Source of the DNA: Bacillota bacterium
GTDB taxonomy: Bacteria > Bacillota > Dethiobacteria > DTU022 > PWGO01
DNA length: 64,000 nucleotides
Assembly: GCA_012518215.1 (NCBI GenBank)
Contig: JAAYSV010000024.1
Span: forward strand, 2,340 to 66,339
Reading direction: 5' to 3'
A model generated the notes under the pieces. That model ran no database searches. It saw nothing but the letters and a program-made list of their open reading frames with translations, and was not told the origin of the DNA. Shown here one piece after another: positions 1 through 13,310 of this stretch (the stretch's first letter is position 1; each line of letters opens with the position of its first letter). Position numbers and translations under genes: made by a program.

Positions 1-4
1 CATC

Positions 5-844
5 TTATTTGTCTCCTTCCACGATATTATGTTTTTTCTGGTAAGCAACCTTGTTCTTCTCCGCGCTTTTTTCAAGGATAGGCCATAGCTTGATGACTGT
101 CTTCGGTGCATTCATCAATATTTTCGACATGATTCCCGAGGAATAAGGCACATATTGCTCGAGTTTCCGTGCCGTGATCGCCCGCAGCACCGCACGGGCA
201 ATATCTTCCGGTTTCTGCGGGGTGCTCAGGAAGGTGAGCGGCGAACCGCCATGGGCCGCTTCATAGCGCAACATCGGCGTATCTGTGGAATCGGGGAAAA
301 TGGTCGATACGGCAATGTTATGCTCCTCCAGTTCGAGCGCCAGGGTAAGATTGAGCCCGCGCAATGCAAATTTGGTGGCACAATATATGGAACTGAATGT
401 CTCCGGAACGATCCCCGCCATCGAGGATATGGTCACGATGTTCCCGCCACCACCTTTTACAAGTTTGGGAACAACCTCGCGCGTAGCGTAGATTGCCCCC
501 ATCAGATTGATAGCCACCTGTTTTTCAATATTCTCATAGCTACTGTCCACAAACTCCTCGGGAATGATTATGCCCGCATTGTTGACCAGGACATCAATTT
601 TGTTAAATCGCTTCTCCGCACGGGCAACGAGCTCAACAACATCTTCCCGCTTTGTAATATCACATTCAACCAGCAGCTTCCTGGAAAAACCCGCGGCAAC
701 CTTTTCCAATCCGGGAAAATCAATATCTGCCAGCACCAGGTTTGCACCGTGAGAATCCAGCAAAGCCGCCGTTGCCGTTCCGATACCCCCGGCTGCTCCG
801 GTTATTATGACGGTCTTGCCCTGCAATTTGTTATTTTTCATCAT
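5..844 (-). CDS. SDR family NAD(P)-dependent oxidoreductase
   Basis: TGAAGGIG Rossmann motif, NNAG and YCATK catalytic motif; overlaps the stop of the upstream SDR by 4 bp. Confidence 0.9.
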   Translation of the reverse strand: MMKNNKLQGKTVIITGAAGGIGTATAALLDSHGANLVLADIDFPGLEKVAAGFSRKLLVECDITKREDVVELVARAEKRFNKIDVLVNNAGIIIPEEFVDSSYENIEKQVAINLMGAIYATREVVPKLVKGGGGNIVTISSMAGIVPETFSSIYCATKFALRGLNLTLALELEEHNIAVSTIFPDSTDTPMLRYEAAHGGSPLTFLSTPQKPEDIARAVLRAITARKLEQYVPYSSGIMSKILMNAPKTVIKLWPILEKSAEKNKVAYQKKHNIVEGDK

Positions 845-1698
845 TTCCCCTCCGCATGCAATCTTTTCTGCACCTTTTTGATTTGCGAATTGAGTACTGC
901 ATCAACAAGTGATGGTAAAACACGTTTGAGAAGCCACGTGAATTTCCCTTCCGTACCGGGGATGATCATTTCTTTTCCTTTTTTCAGCCCATCGATCAAC
1001 TGGGAGGCCACCTCATCCGGAGACATCAGCTTCGCCCCCTTGGAAGCTTCTTTCGTTTCTTCCGGTTTGGTCCTGTTTTCGGTTGCAAAACCGGGCGTAT
1101 CCGTATCCGGCGGGCAGAGCACCGCCACTTTGATCCCGTAACGGCGAAGCTCGCTGCGCAGCGCTTCGGAAAATCCGATCACCCCGAATTTTGAAGCGCT
1201 GTAGGCAGTATATCCAAAAATTCCTATGAACCCTGCCATGGAAGAAACATTTACAATGTACCCCTTTCCCCTTTTCATCATCGCCGGAACGAGCGCTGCG
1301 CAGGTATTCCAGATACCGTAAAGATTGGTTTTCATCGTCCCGTCAAATTCCTCATAGCTGATTTTTTCAAAGTATTGCGGGTATGCCCTGCCGGCACAGT
1401 TGATCAACAGATCGGGGGCACCGAATTCCTCGAGCGCTCCCGACATCACCCTGAAAACATCATCATGATTGCCCACATCAATTTGCCTTGAAGACACTCG
1501 TTGCGCCTCGGAAGCTCGCTTCGATCCGATCTCCGCCACCGCCGCCTTCAAACGTTCCTCATTGCGCGCAAAGATCATAACATCTGCACCCCGTGCCGCC
1601 AGCTGCTTTGCCGACGACAATCCGATACCGCTTGAACCCCCAGTGATATATACGTTTTTGCCTTTGAAAGAAGTTTCCATACCTTGCCCCCATTTCAT
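841..1698 (-). CDS. SDR family oxidoreductase, 3-ketodihydrosphingosine reductase (KDSR)-like subgroup
   Basis: TGGSSGIG, NCAG, YSASK and PPDTDTPGF..EN..KP segment typical of KDSR-like SDRs; true start may be ATG at 1680. Confidence 0.85.
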   Translation of the reverse strand: MKWGQGMETSFKGKNVYITGGSSGIGLSSAKQLAARGADVMIFARNEERLKAAVAEIGSKRASEAQRVSSRQIDVGNHDDVFRVMSGALEEFGAPDLLINCAGRAYPQYFEKISYEEFDGTMKTNLYGIWNTCAALVPAMMKRGKGYIVNVSSMAGFIGIFGYTAYSASKFGVIGFSEALRSELRRYGIKVAVLCPPDTDTPGFATENRTKPEETKEASKGAKLMSPDEVASQLIDGLKKGKEMIIPGTEGKFTWLLKRVLPSLVDAVLNSQIKKVQKRLHAEGK

Positions 1699-1898
1699 CG
1701 GTATTATGTAACGGATACAGAACGCACAGAGAAAGTTGCTCCGGATACTTGTATTATATAACAGGAAAAAAGAAACCGGAAATCCGATTTGCTCGCGAGC
1801 AATGGCAATTCATTCCATCCGGGAACCTTCCGCAAAACAAGGCGACAACTTCAGGATATTGTTAAAAACATTCCATTTGGAAACAACCGTCAATGCAG

Positions 1899-3266
1899 CT
1901 ATTCACCCATCATCGTGACCAGCACATCCGTATCGGCAAGGTTTATACACTTTGAAACGATCGAAGTCCTGACCACGGGTTTTCCCTTGCTGTCAATAAA
2001 AACGTCTTGCGGATCAAAGCGCCCGTAAGAACAGGTCACGATCATTCCATCATCAAGGACGACATTTCCGCAATAGCCCGTATCGGCATTGGCCGCCATC
2101 GCGGGAACTTCCTGGCCATCCAGATACGTATGAGCTATCTTGATGCGATACTGCCCCTCCGTTCCCTCCTTGAGGTCTTCGTAGGTACCCACCCAGGCAA
2201 CCCAGCCTTCGCTGTACCAGTTGCTTTTCTTTTTCCCTTCTGCATACCTTTCAAGTTTCTCCGGGGCACGTTCTATCGAACGAAAGGTGATAAAGAGACG
2301 CCCATCCTTGGTATAGACCGCCTTGTGGCGCTCACCATTGAGCGCGGCCGGAACCTCCTGCGGCACGGACCAGGTTTCCCCTTCATCCTGTGAAAATGAC
2401 ACGAGCGAGTTGTTATTCTTGCGGCCATGCTTTCCGTTACTTCTGGCTATGAGGCAGAGCTCGTCCCCTTGCCCGCCATCGGAGCGGATGACCTCCACCT
2501 CACACATGGCTGCCTGTTTTTCGATATTGCGGAATTCGCCGAAATAGGGGCAAGGTTCACTCCATTGCATCCTTCCGTTTTCATCAAAAGACAGCACTGT
2601 CCTGTAATTGATAAAATTCCGGTCATGGAAAAGCCCCATCCATTTATCCACAAACTCCCCGTCCTCTTTAAGCCTGGTCAGCGAGGCCATGGCCACGATC
2701 GGCACAACCTTCCTGGAACTGGAATGGTCGTAAAACAGTTCAAACTCCGACCAACTCTGTCCTTCATTTTCCGATATGGAGCAGTTGAACCCACCTTCTG
2801 TGGACTCGCGCGGCCATTTGGGGTTCCCGGAGATCATGATCAACCTGTCCGTTGCCCGCTCATCGGAAAACTCCAAACGATAGACGGTGGGGGTTTCACG
2901 CGAGCCCACCCACGACCCGGGAGTTTTCCCCGGGCCATCTTTCCATGTTTTGCCCCCATCCGTGCTGATCCTGGTCCGAACAGGCCCCTTGCCATGACCC
3001 TCCGGGTACATGGTCAAAATATCACCGTTCTCGAGCAGTACACTGTCTGGATGCCCGAGATAATCACCGGAATTGTCGACGATCACGTTCTCGAAAAGGT
3101 AATCATATCGGGGATGCAGGTCATCGGGCCTCTGGCTCAGGTCAAGCTGGGGAATGGTATAGTCCTCTCCCGTCATGGCCCGGCTGGAATCGCAGGCAGC
3201 AATGAATACAAGCAAAAAAAAGACCATGAATAAAAATCCGACCGACATCGATCTATTTACTTTCAA
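1899..3266 (-). CDS. Sialidase-family (BNR/Asp-box) lipoprotein
   Basis: Hydrophobic N-terminus ending FIAAC (lipobox-like); Asp-boxes STDGGKTW, SENEGQSW, SQDEGETW. Confidence 0.75.
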   Translation of the reverse strand: MKVNRSMSVGFLFMVFFLLVFIAACDSSRAMTGEDYTIPQLDLSQRPDDLHPRYDYLFENVIVDNSGDYLGHPDSVLLENGDILTMYPEGHGKGPVRTRISTDGGKTWKDGPGKTPGSWVGSRETPTVYRLEFSDERATDRLIMISGNPKWPRESTEGGFNCSISENEGQSWSEFELFYDHSSSRKVVPIVAMASLTRLKEDGEFVDKWMGLFHDRNFINYRTVLSFDENGRMQWSEPCPYFGEFRNIEKQAAMCEVEVIRSDGGQGDELCLIARSNGKHGRKNNNSLVSFSQDEGETWSVPQEVPAALNGERHKAVYTKDGRLFITFRSIERAPEKLERYAEGKKKSNWYSEGWVAWVGTYEDLKEGTEGQYRIKIAHTYLDGQEVPAMAANADTGYCGNVVLDDGMIVTCSYGRFDPQDVFIDSKGKPVVRTSIVSKCINLADTDVLVTMMGE

Positions 3267-4737
3267 CAGAATTACCCCTGCTTTCGCTTTGAAAATTCAT
3301 GATCAGGTACTTGTAAAACTTGACGCTGTCGCCAAGAGCCTTGATAAATATATTTTCATTTATGCCATGTGTGGAATTCAGCTGTTGCTGGTTCATGCGT
3401 ATGGGGCTGAAGCGGATAGCGTTCTCCGAAACGGCCGTATAGAAACGGCAATCTGTCCCCCCCATCAGTATATAGGGAACAACCCCCAGATCGGGGAAAC
3501 ATCTGGCAATGCTCTCTTCAAGTTGTTTGTACACCATGCCCCCGGTGTCAACCTTGGGTGAAGCATTGCGTTTTTCAAGTATGGTATGCCGAAGATCGTA
3601 TTTGCGAGCAATTTTATTCAGCACAGCCAGTGATTCATCGGCATCCTGATGATCACATACACGCAGATTGGCCGTAACATGAGCTTCCTTGGGGATCACA
3701 TTGGGTGCATCGCTTCCTTTGCACATGGTAAATGCACATGTGGTGGAAATGAAAGCTAGGGCCTGTGCCGAAGCCAGGGGCAACACCACTTTTACCAGGG
3801 GTTTGAACAACCACATATTGCCCACCACCAGGCGCAAAGGAAATATCAGATCGGGAGCCATCTTCTTGAACATTTCCAGAACCTCGGGTGCAAACTGCTT
3901 CTTGAATGGTTTTTTCTTGCTCACCCTGGTAACGAAAGCGGCTATCCGCTCCAGTGGCGTATTGCGAGGTGGTGCACTGGAATGCCCCCCCTTCCCCGAA
4001 GCAGTGAAGGTTACGTCCACATACCCCTTCTCCATGATACCGATCACCGCCAGGGGGCGTTTCAGTCCGGGGAAAACATTCTCCACGATGGCTCCTCCCT
4101 CGTCCATGACCAGTGCACATTCCACGCCCTTGCTTTTCAGGTAATCGACCGTGTCCGGCGCACCAGTGCCCGAAATTTCCTCATCCGTGGAAGCGGCAAG
4201 ATAAACATCAAAGTCCGGCTGGAACCCCTCGGCAAGGAGCTCCTCAACCGCTTGAAATTCTGAATAAACCGTGCACTTGCAATCCAGCGACCCACGGCCG
4301 TAAATTCGTCCGTCAACCTGCTGCCCGGAAAAAGCAGGATAGTCCCACCCTTCATCCGAAGCCGGAACCACATCCTGATGCCCCATCAACACGATCGGTT
4401 TCAACGAAGCATCACGGCCCTTCCATTTAAACAGAAGATTGCCGTTCAGATCGATCTTCTCCAGATTCTGGTGAACAAGGGGAAAAAGCTCCTCCATGCA
4501 CCTGTGCAACCTGTAAAATTCGGTCAGGTCTTCGGGGGAAGAGACAGTGGGTATCTGCACCATCTTCGACAGGCCATCGGCATAGTGTGCCAGTTCCGAC
4601 TCGGTCACCCCTATGGCCGGGCGCTGTTCACCCTGCGTTTTTTTCAGACCGATCCTGATGGTATTGATAACAGCAACAATTATCAGTCCTGCCAGAACTC
4701 CCAGCAAGAACAACAGAATATCAATGTAAGAGGGCAT
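3253..4737 (-). CDS. M20/M25/M40 family metallopeptidase (carboxypeptidase S/PM20D1-like)
   Basis: N-terminal TM anchor; GHQDVVP, GRGSLDCK, DEE, GGHSS, GGTD and HGINE motifs. Confidence 0.9.
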   Translation of the reverse strand: MPSYIDILLFLLGVLAGLIIVAVINTIRIGLKKTQGEQRPAIGVTESELAHYADGLSKMVQIPTVSSPEDLTEFYRLHRCMEELFPLVHQNLEKIDLNGNLLFKWKGRDASLKPIVLMGHQDVVPASDEGWDYPAFSGQQVDGRIYGRGSLDCKCTVYSEFQAVEELLAEGFQPDFDVYLAASTDEEISGTGAPDTVDYLKSKGVECALVMDEGGAIVENVFPGLKRPLAVIGIMEKGYVDVTFTASGKGGHSSAPPRNTPLERIAAFVTRVSKKKPFKKQFAPEVLEMFKKMAPDLIFPLRLVVGNMWLFKPLVKVVLPLASAQALAFISTTCAFTMCKGSDAPNVIPKEAHVTANLRVCDHQDADESLAVLNKIARKYDLRHTILEKRNASPKVDTGGMVYKQLEESIARCFPDLGVVPYILMGGTDCRFYTAVSENAIRFSPIRMNQQQLNSTHGINENIFIKALGDSVKFYKYLIMNFQSESRGNSVESK

Positions 4738-4754
4738 CTTCGATCATATCCTTT

Positions 4755-6701
4755 TCAAGTATTTTTGTAATCCGGCGGCAACCGTTTGGATCTTACCTCA
4801 TCGTGCAAATCCCGGACAAAATCATCCACCTCCACCACCCCCAGATCGCCTTTCCGGCGGTGTCTCAAAGCCGCCTTCCCTGTTTCCACCTCTCTGGGGC
4901 CGATAACCAGCATGTAAGGTATTTTCTTCAGCTGCGCTTCACGGATCTTGTAGCCCAATTTCTCATTGCGACCGTCAACCTCCACACGGAATCCTTCCTT
5001 CTTTAACAGTTCTCCCAGGGAAAAAGCGTTTTCATACTGATTCTCGGTCAGGGGCAGAACAACAACCTGCAGGGGCGCCAACCAGGTCGGGAAAGCACCT
5101 CCATAATGCTCGATCAACAGAGCGATAAAACGTTCCATGGCTCCGTAGACGACGCGATGTATCATCACCGGCCTGTGTTTCTGGCCATCTTTACCGATAT
5201 AGGTCAGGTCAAACCTTTCCGGCATCTGAAAATCAAGTTGAACCGTGCCGCATTGCCATGATCTACCCAGGCAGTCACGAAGATGGAAATCTATCTTGGG
5301 CCCGTAAAAAGCGCCCTCCCCCTCGCTGATCATGAAATTGCTTTTTCTTTTTTCCAGGACACGTTTCAAAATTGTCGTCGCCTTCTCCCAGTCCTCGGAG
5401 GAACCCATCGCTTTTTCGGGGCGGGTGCTCAATTCCACCCTGTAGTCGAAACCAAAAACGCGATACATGCGGTCAATCATATCGATGATGCCATCGACTT
5501 CCGCCTCGATCTGCTCGGGAAGCATGAAAAGATGGGCATCATCCTGTGTGAATGTCCTGACTCTCATCAAACCGTGCAACGTACCCGAAAGTTCATGGCG
5601 ATGTACCTGGCCCAACTCGGCAATGCGCAGGGGGAGATCCCGGTAGCTGTGCCGGTGCGAAAGATAGATCAACATCGCCCCCGGGCAATTCATCGGCTTG
5701 ATGGCGAATTCCCTTTCGTCTATCTCCGAAAAATACATGTTTTCACGATAATGATCCCAGTGGCCCGAACGCTTCCAGAGTTCGCAGTCCAGAACCAGCG
5801 GTGTCTTGATTTCCTGATAACCGCCGCGCACATGTTCCTCACGCCAGTAATTTTCCAGCTCATGCCAGATGATCAGGCCTCTGGGGTGGAAAAAGGGAAA
5901 ACCCGGGGCCTCCTCGTGCAGGCTGAAAAGATCCAGCTCGCGGCCAAGCTTGCGATGATCTCTTTTTTTGGCCTCTTCAAGAAGTTCCAGATAATCCGCA
6001 AGCAACTGTTTGGTAGGAAAAGAAACGCCGTAGATACGCTGCAGCATCGGGTTCCTTTCACTGCCCCTCCAGTAAGCCCCGGCCAACCCGGTCAACTTGA
6101 AAGCCTTCAGGCGCCCCGTGGAAAGCAGATGAGGGCCTGTGCACAGATCCATGAAATCACCCTGGCGGTAAAAAGTAATTTTTTCATCTTCGGGCAAGTC
6201 CCTGATCAATTCAAGCTTGTAGGGCTCATCCTTCTCCCGAAAATATTTTTCGGCCTCCTGGCGATCCATCTCCATCTTCTCCAGGAAAAGATTTTCTTTG
6301 ACAATCTTCTTCATCTCCGCTTCAATGGCTTCCAGATCTTCCATGGAGATAGGTTCGGGGAATTCAAAATCATAATAAAAACCATTTTCAATGGCCGGGC
6401 CAATACCCAACCTTGCCCCGGGGTAAAGACGCTTGACGGCTTGGGCAAGAACATGACTGGTGGTATGCCAGTAAATCTTTGCGCCCTCGTTGTCCTCGAA
6501 AGAAAGAAATTTGATATTCACCGGTTCATCGATCGAAAAAAAGAGATCTCTGGGACGATCATTCACAACCGCGGCAATGGCCGCCGGGGCATTTTGCGGT
6601 TGAACTTTCTGCCATATTTCCTTGAGCGAAGTGCCCTTTTTACATCTGTGTCCCCCGAATCTATCGATTTCGATGTCAATGTTGATGCGTTTATCAGGCA
6701 A
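4755..6701 (-). CDS. thrS: Threonine--tRNA ligase
   Basis: HTTSH, DLCTGPH, RDHRKLG, KPMNCP, GAFYGPKID motifs and C-terminal anticodon-binding domain. Confidence 0.98.
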   Translation of the reverse strand: MPDKRINIDIEIDRFGGHRCKKGTSLKEIWQKVQPQNAPAAIAAVVNDRPRDLFFSIDEPVNIKFLSFEDNEGAKIYWHTTSHVLAQAVKRLYPGARLGIGPAIENGFYYDFEFPEPISMEDLEAIEAEMKKIVKENLFLEKMEMDRQEAEKYFREKDEPYKLELIRDLPEDEKITFYRQGDFMDLCTGPHLLSTGRLKAFKLTGLAGAYWRGSERNPMLQRIYGVSFPTKQLLADYLELLEEAKKRDHRKLGRELDLFSLHEEAPGFPFFHPRGLIIWHELENYWREEHVRGGYQEIKTPLVLDCELWKRSGHWDHYRENMYFSEIDEREFAIKPMNCPGAMLIYLSHRHSYRDLPLRIAELGQVHRHELSGTLHGLMRVRTFTQDDAHLFMLPEQIEAEVDGIIDMIDRMYRVFGFDYRVELSTRPEKAMGSSEDWEKATTILKRVLEKRKSNFMISEGEGAFYGPKIDFHLRDCLGRSWQCGTVQLDFQMPERFDLTYIGKDGQKHRPVMIHRVVYGAMERFIALLIEHYGGAFPTWLAPLQVVVLPLTENQYENAFSLGELLKKEGFRVEVDGRNEKLGYKIREAQLKKIPYMLVIGPREVETGKAALRHRRKGDLGVVEVDDFVRDLHDEVRSKRLPPDYKNT

Positions 6702-6946
6702 TCTCTATACATCCCCATTCTGCAAGTATTGTATTTACCTTATAATGCCATGCCGAACAATATGGTACCAACATCTAATAATATTCGCATCATGATCAAT
6801 ATTTCCTGCCTTCAAGGATTACTTCCGGGCTGGAAGTTCCGGCATACCGACATCCTCCGCCTTCAAACCGCCGTCGGCCACCACATTGCCCGGGAGATGA
6901 AATTTCAAGGACAGGAAGTTTTCACTGCACCTGCATGATCGAACGC

Positions 6947-7912
6947 TCACGTTTGCAGTTCGACAATATCCCTGTCATGTAAAATATAATCCCGGGAGAC
7001 GGGTTGCCCCTCGTACCTTGACGAGCCCCAGACAAGGGCATTTTTCAGGTTCCGGGTAAAATCTTTGTGGATCCCTTCCGCAAAATCAATCACCGTGCTG
7101 CCTTTTTTCAAGATAAAGGGACGATCCATATCGGCAGGCCGCCCCGAAGCCTTGCCATAGACGCGGATAATATTCATTGTTTTGAAAATGTCCTCCTTCA
7201 GCTCCGCCAGTCCTTCTCCCTCCGTGGAGACACCACGGATGGCCAGTTCCGGCTTGAACTCACGCAACAACTGCAAATTATCGGATGCGCCATGAACATC
7301 AAGCTTTGAAGCCACAACCATGAAAGGCTGCGGCGCAATAAATTCTCCTTCCTCGGAGAGGTCAATAACCTGTTTTTCCTGTAAAATGGAAAGTGTACCC
7401 TCGTACTGCTCCAGGCAATCGTCGGACGAAGCATCGACAAGAAGAATGAGTGCATCGGCTTCACGAATCGTTCCCAGAAAACCTGTGGGAATATTGTCCG
7501 CAGTTATGGGAGGACCGTCGACAAGCTGTATATAGATATCCTCGTAGGGCATCATTCCCGATAATGGCAAGGTGGTCGTGTAGGGGTAATCGGCAACCTT
7601 CGGCCTGGCTCTGGAAAGGGCTCCCAGGAGAGCCGATTTGCCGGTGTTGGGATATCCAACCAGCACGATCTGGCCGCCTCCTTGCTTGTCCACATTGAAG
7701 GGGTTGTAAACTTTCGCCTGTTTTTTCTTGCCTTTCTCCTCCCGCAGCCGTGCCAGGCGGCTCTTGATATCGGCCTGCAGTTTCTCCGTTCCCTTGTGCT
7801 TGGGAATTGTGGCCAGCATCTCCCTCAGTGCAGCAATCTTTTCTGCAGAGGTTTTTGCTTTTTTGTATGCTTCCTCCGCCGAATGATACTGTGGTGTAAG
7901 GTTGGCCGGCAT
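6947..7912 (-). CDS. OBG/DRG-family GTPase with C-terminal TGS domain
   Basis: MPANL N-terminus, IPKHKGTEK, GYPNTGKS P-loop, DYPYTT, TGS-like C-terminus (LHDRDIVEL). Confidence 0.9.
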   Translation of the reverse strand: MPANLTPQYHSAEEAYKKAKTSAEKIAALREMLATIPKHKGTEKLQADIKSRLARLREEKGKKKQAKVYNPFNVDKQGGGQIVLVGYPNTGKSALLGALSRARPKVADYPYTTTLPLSGMMPYEDIYIQLVDGPPITADNIPTGFLGTIREADALILLVDASSDDCLEQYEGTLSILQEKQVIDLSEEGEFIAPQPFMVVASKLDVHGASDNLQLLREFKPELAIRGVSTEGEGLAELKEDIFKTMNIIRVYGKASGRPADMDRPFILKKGSTVIDFAEGIHKDFTRNLKNALVWGSSRYEGQPVSRDYILHDRDIVELQT

Positions 7913-8299
7913 AAAACAACACCCCATTCATGATTTGAAGAAGTCCGTGACTCAAGCAAACCCGTCTGAAACAAGTTGCGGCCCTGGCAAGCAGGAAAAG
8001 CTATCTTGGTAAAATGTGCGTTTTATTTTTCTGAAGCCCCCTGAAACAGAATATAACAAAATATGATTGTATAGTAAAGTACAGGAAAAACTCTTTCCCC
8101 CATGTGGAACCCTTTTCATCACCCCTTTCCACCTCTCATCCCGGGCTTTCCCTCACTCATTCCGACCGCCACATGCAACGAGGAATCCTGAGTGAAGCGA
8201 ACGAAACATCGGGTACAATGGAGAGCGGCATGATTTCCACCCCGTATTCACGCGTCGGGGGAGGCAGCAAGGGGCCAACCTGATGCAAATCCCCCGTCG

Positions 8300-11561
<3,262 letters not shown>

Positions 11562-11632
11562 TGGCTACGGCCGTTCACAGGAAAATGTACGGATCGGAAA
11601 ATCCGGTTGCAAGCCATCTTTCCAGCAAATAA

Positions 11633-11674
11633 AACAGATACAGCGGTGGAAATATACCCACCGCTGTATCTGTT
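11633..11674. terminator. 17-bp hairpin between convergent lacZ and tRNA-Val
   Basis: AACAGATACAGCGGTGG ... CCACCGCTGTATCTGTT perfect inverted repeat immediately 3' of the tRNA. Confidence 0.75.
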
Positions 11675-11676
11675 GA

Positions 11677-11751
11677 TGGTGCGCCCGGGAGGTTTTGAAC
11701 CTCCGACCTCCTGCGTGTCAAGCAGGCACTCTCCCCCTGAGCTACAGGCGC
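11677..11751 (-). tRNA. tRNA-Val(GAC)
   Basis: Cloverleaf GCGCCTGTAGCTCAG...CTTGACACG...GGTTCAAA...GGGCGCACCA; upstream TTGACA-18-TAAAAT promoter (11801-11772). Confidence 0.95.
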
Positions 11752-12032
11752 AACTATGCCTCTCGCCAACCATTTTAGCATTTACCGCTTGATGATGTCA
11801 ATCGATTCAGGAAAGCCTTTTTGGGTCCACATCGTAATCAAACCGGTGTCGGCCCGGGAACCCTGTTCTCCAGAGCAAGCCTTTTCGGTACAACCAAAGA
11901 ATCCCGGCCATGACATAATATATTGGCAAAACAACCTCTACCTTCCCTACCGAAAGTCCAATCTTCAATGAACAAAAATTGCTACATCGATCACAAAACC
12001 CAACAAGATAGCCAATCAAAATTCAACGTACA

Positions 12033-12212
12033 TTACTTCCTGCCCTTCTTTTGCACGTAATACTTCCCGATCAGAAGGTCCAATTCCCTGCTTGTTCCCA
12101 GCATACCCCGATCCGTAAAGGTACTTTTTTCCTTCATACTGTACAATTCTTTCCTCTTCTTTTCGATGTCGGCAAACAATCTGAAGGACAAGGCTCCATC
12201 ACACCTTTTCAT
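12033..12212 (-). CDS. Spo0E-like aspartyl-phosphate phosphatase (59 aa, absent from ORF track)
   Basis: Manual translation MKRCDGALSFRLFADIEKKRKELYSMKEKSTFTDRGMLGTSRELDLLIGKYYVQKKGRK; IE..R..L helix and SRELD match the Spo0E SQELD motif. Confidence 0.7.
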   Translation of the reverse strand: MKRCDGALSFRLFADIEKKRKELYSMKEKSTFTDRGMLGTSRELDLLIGKYYVQKKGRK

Positions 12213-12294
12213 GAAAAAATCTTTTCATTATCTGTATGCCCCGTTTGCAGACAGTATTAACGAATAATTTTGTCGGCATGAAAACATCCATCTC

Positions 12295-12462
12295 TTAAAC
12301 AACCACTACCATCAAAATCTTTATAAATTTGTTACCACAGATCCCGGTCCGTTCCCGATGTGAGCATGTCTGTTGCTCAACACCAACTGATCTGGCCATC
12401 CTTGTTCGGGTCCGCTTTCCACGGGCCTCGACAAGATATATTCTTGTTACCAATATTTTCAC
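12295..12462 (-). pseudogene. Degenerate Cro-like HTH ORF (55 aa)
   Basis: GTG start; RIYLVEARGKRTRTRMARSVGVEQQTCSHRE resembles the Cro/XRE pattern LxxxRGxxTQxxxAxxxGVxQQTxSxxE; the C-terminus does not fit an HTH; divergent from an XRE repressor. Confidence 0.5.
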
Positions 12463-12513
12463 CGTCCTGTAACTTTCCTTAACTCACGGTGGGGCACATC
12501 TGATACGAGTGTA

Positions 12514-12589
12514 TGCTCATCGGGTGAGTATGTCAACCCCTTTTACTGATATTGTTAGTAATTATTTTTTTATACTATTGCGCATAGTA
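12514..12589. promoter_or_regulatory. Three 17-bp palindromic operator-like sites T(A/G)CT-N9-AGTA
   Basis: TGCTCATCGGGTGAGTA (12514), TACTGATATTGTTAGTA (12544), TACTATTGCGCATAGTA (12573), spaced 30 and 29 bp, between divergent HTH genes. Confidence 0.65.
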
Positions 12590-12604
12590 TAATCAACGAG
12601 GGAG

Positions 12605-12964
12605 GTGCTTGCTACGCTTGGGAAACGTTTAAAATCACTTAGAGAAAACAAGGGGTTAACGCAAAGAGAGTTGGCAGAGTTGGTAAATCTGTCTCAGCAA
12701 ACCATTGGTCATTACGAGGTTGGCCGTGCAAAACCTGATATCGAAACCTTGCAAAAATTTGCCGACATTTTCAACTGCTCGGTTGACTATATTCTCAACC
12801 GTAGCGATGACCCCCGCCCCCCCGCCGCTCCCGCCTCCTACCTCCAGGACGCACCCCTCACCTTCATGGTCAACACGGAAGGCCTGGACTGGAAAGAGTT
12901 GGAGAGAATCATAAACAGGGCCATAAATAAAGCGTTGGATGAGAGGTGGAAAAAACAAAGTTGA
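12605..12964 (+). CDS. XRE-family HTH transcriptional repressor (ImmR/phage CI-like)
   Basis: GKRLKSLRENKGLTQRELAELVNLSQQTIGHYEVGRAKP...FNCSVDYIL. Confidence 0.9.
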   Translation: MLATLGKRLKSLRENKGLTQRELAELVNLSQQTIGHYEVGRAKPDIETLQKFADIFNCSVDYILNRSDDPRPPAAPASYLQDAPLTFMVNTEGLDWKELERIINRAINKALDERWKKQS

Positions 12965-13310
12965 GCCGATCATTGAAATTGGAATTAAACTTTATAACGC
13001 AGTTTTGCAAGTCTCCCTCTCGCAATTATGAAAATTGCAAGCTCCTTTGGCGCCATTTGCCCGATAATTCCCGGATGATACTTCAACCAGATTGAACCTG
13101 ATTTCAATGACTTCGAATATGACTACAAAAATGTTCTGCACCTGGGGGAATTGATTTCCAGATGTAAAACCATCGGTATATTCATCAACGGACAGAAAAT
13201 TGATTTTCATCTTTCCAGGTTCCATTATGATGGCATATTCCGCTCCTAAAAAGCGCGAAAAAGATCAAATATGGCATAAAAACTTACATCTCGCCGAATA
13301 ACCCCTATCG

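Noticed and set aside
5283..6938. Long antisense ORFs (also 155-1141, 9321-10616, 18754-20256, 33979-35226, 48256-49341)
   Set aside because: They lie opposite well-supported genes and carry no recognisable motifs, so they are treated as shadow ORFs.
6702..6946. T-box leader upstream of thrS
   Set aside because: No GGTGGNACCGCG T-box motif or terminator/antiterminator could be found on the minus strand.
12992..13225. 77-aa ORF between the XRE and amidase genes (possible holin)
   Set aside because: No convincing TM helix or motif; the RBS spacing is poor.
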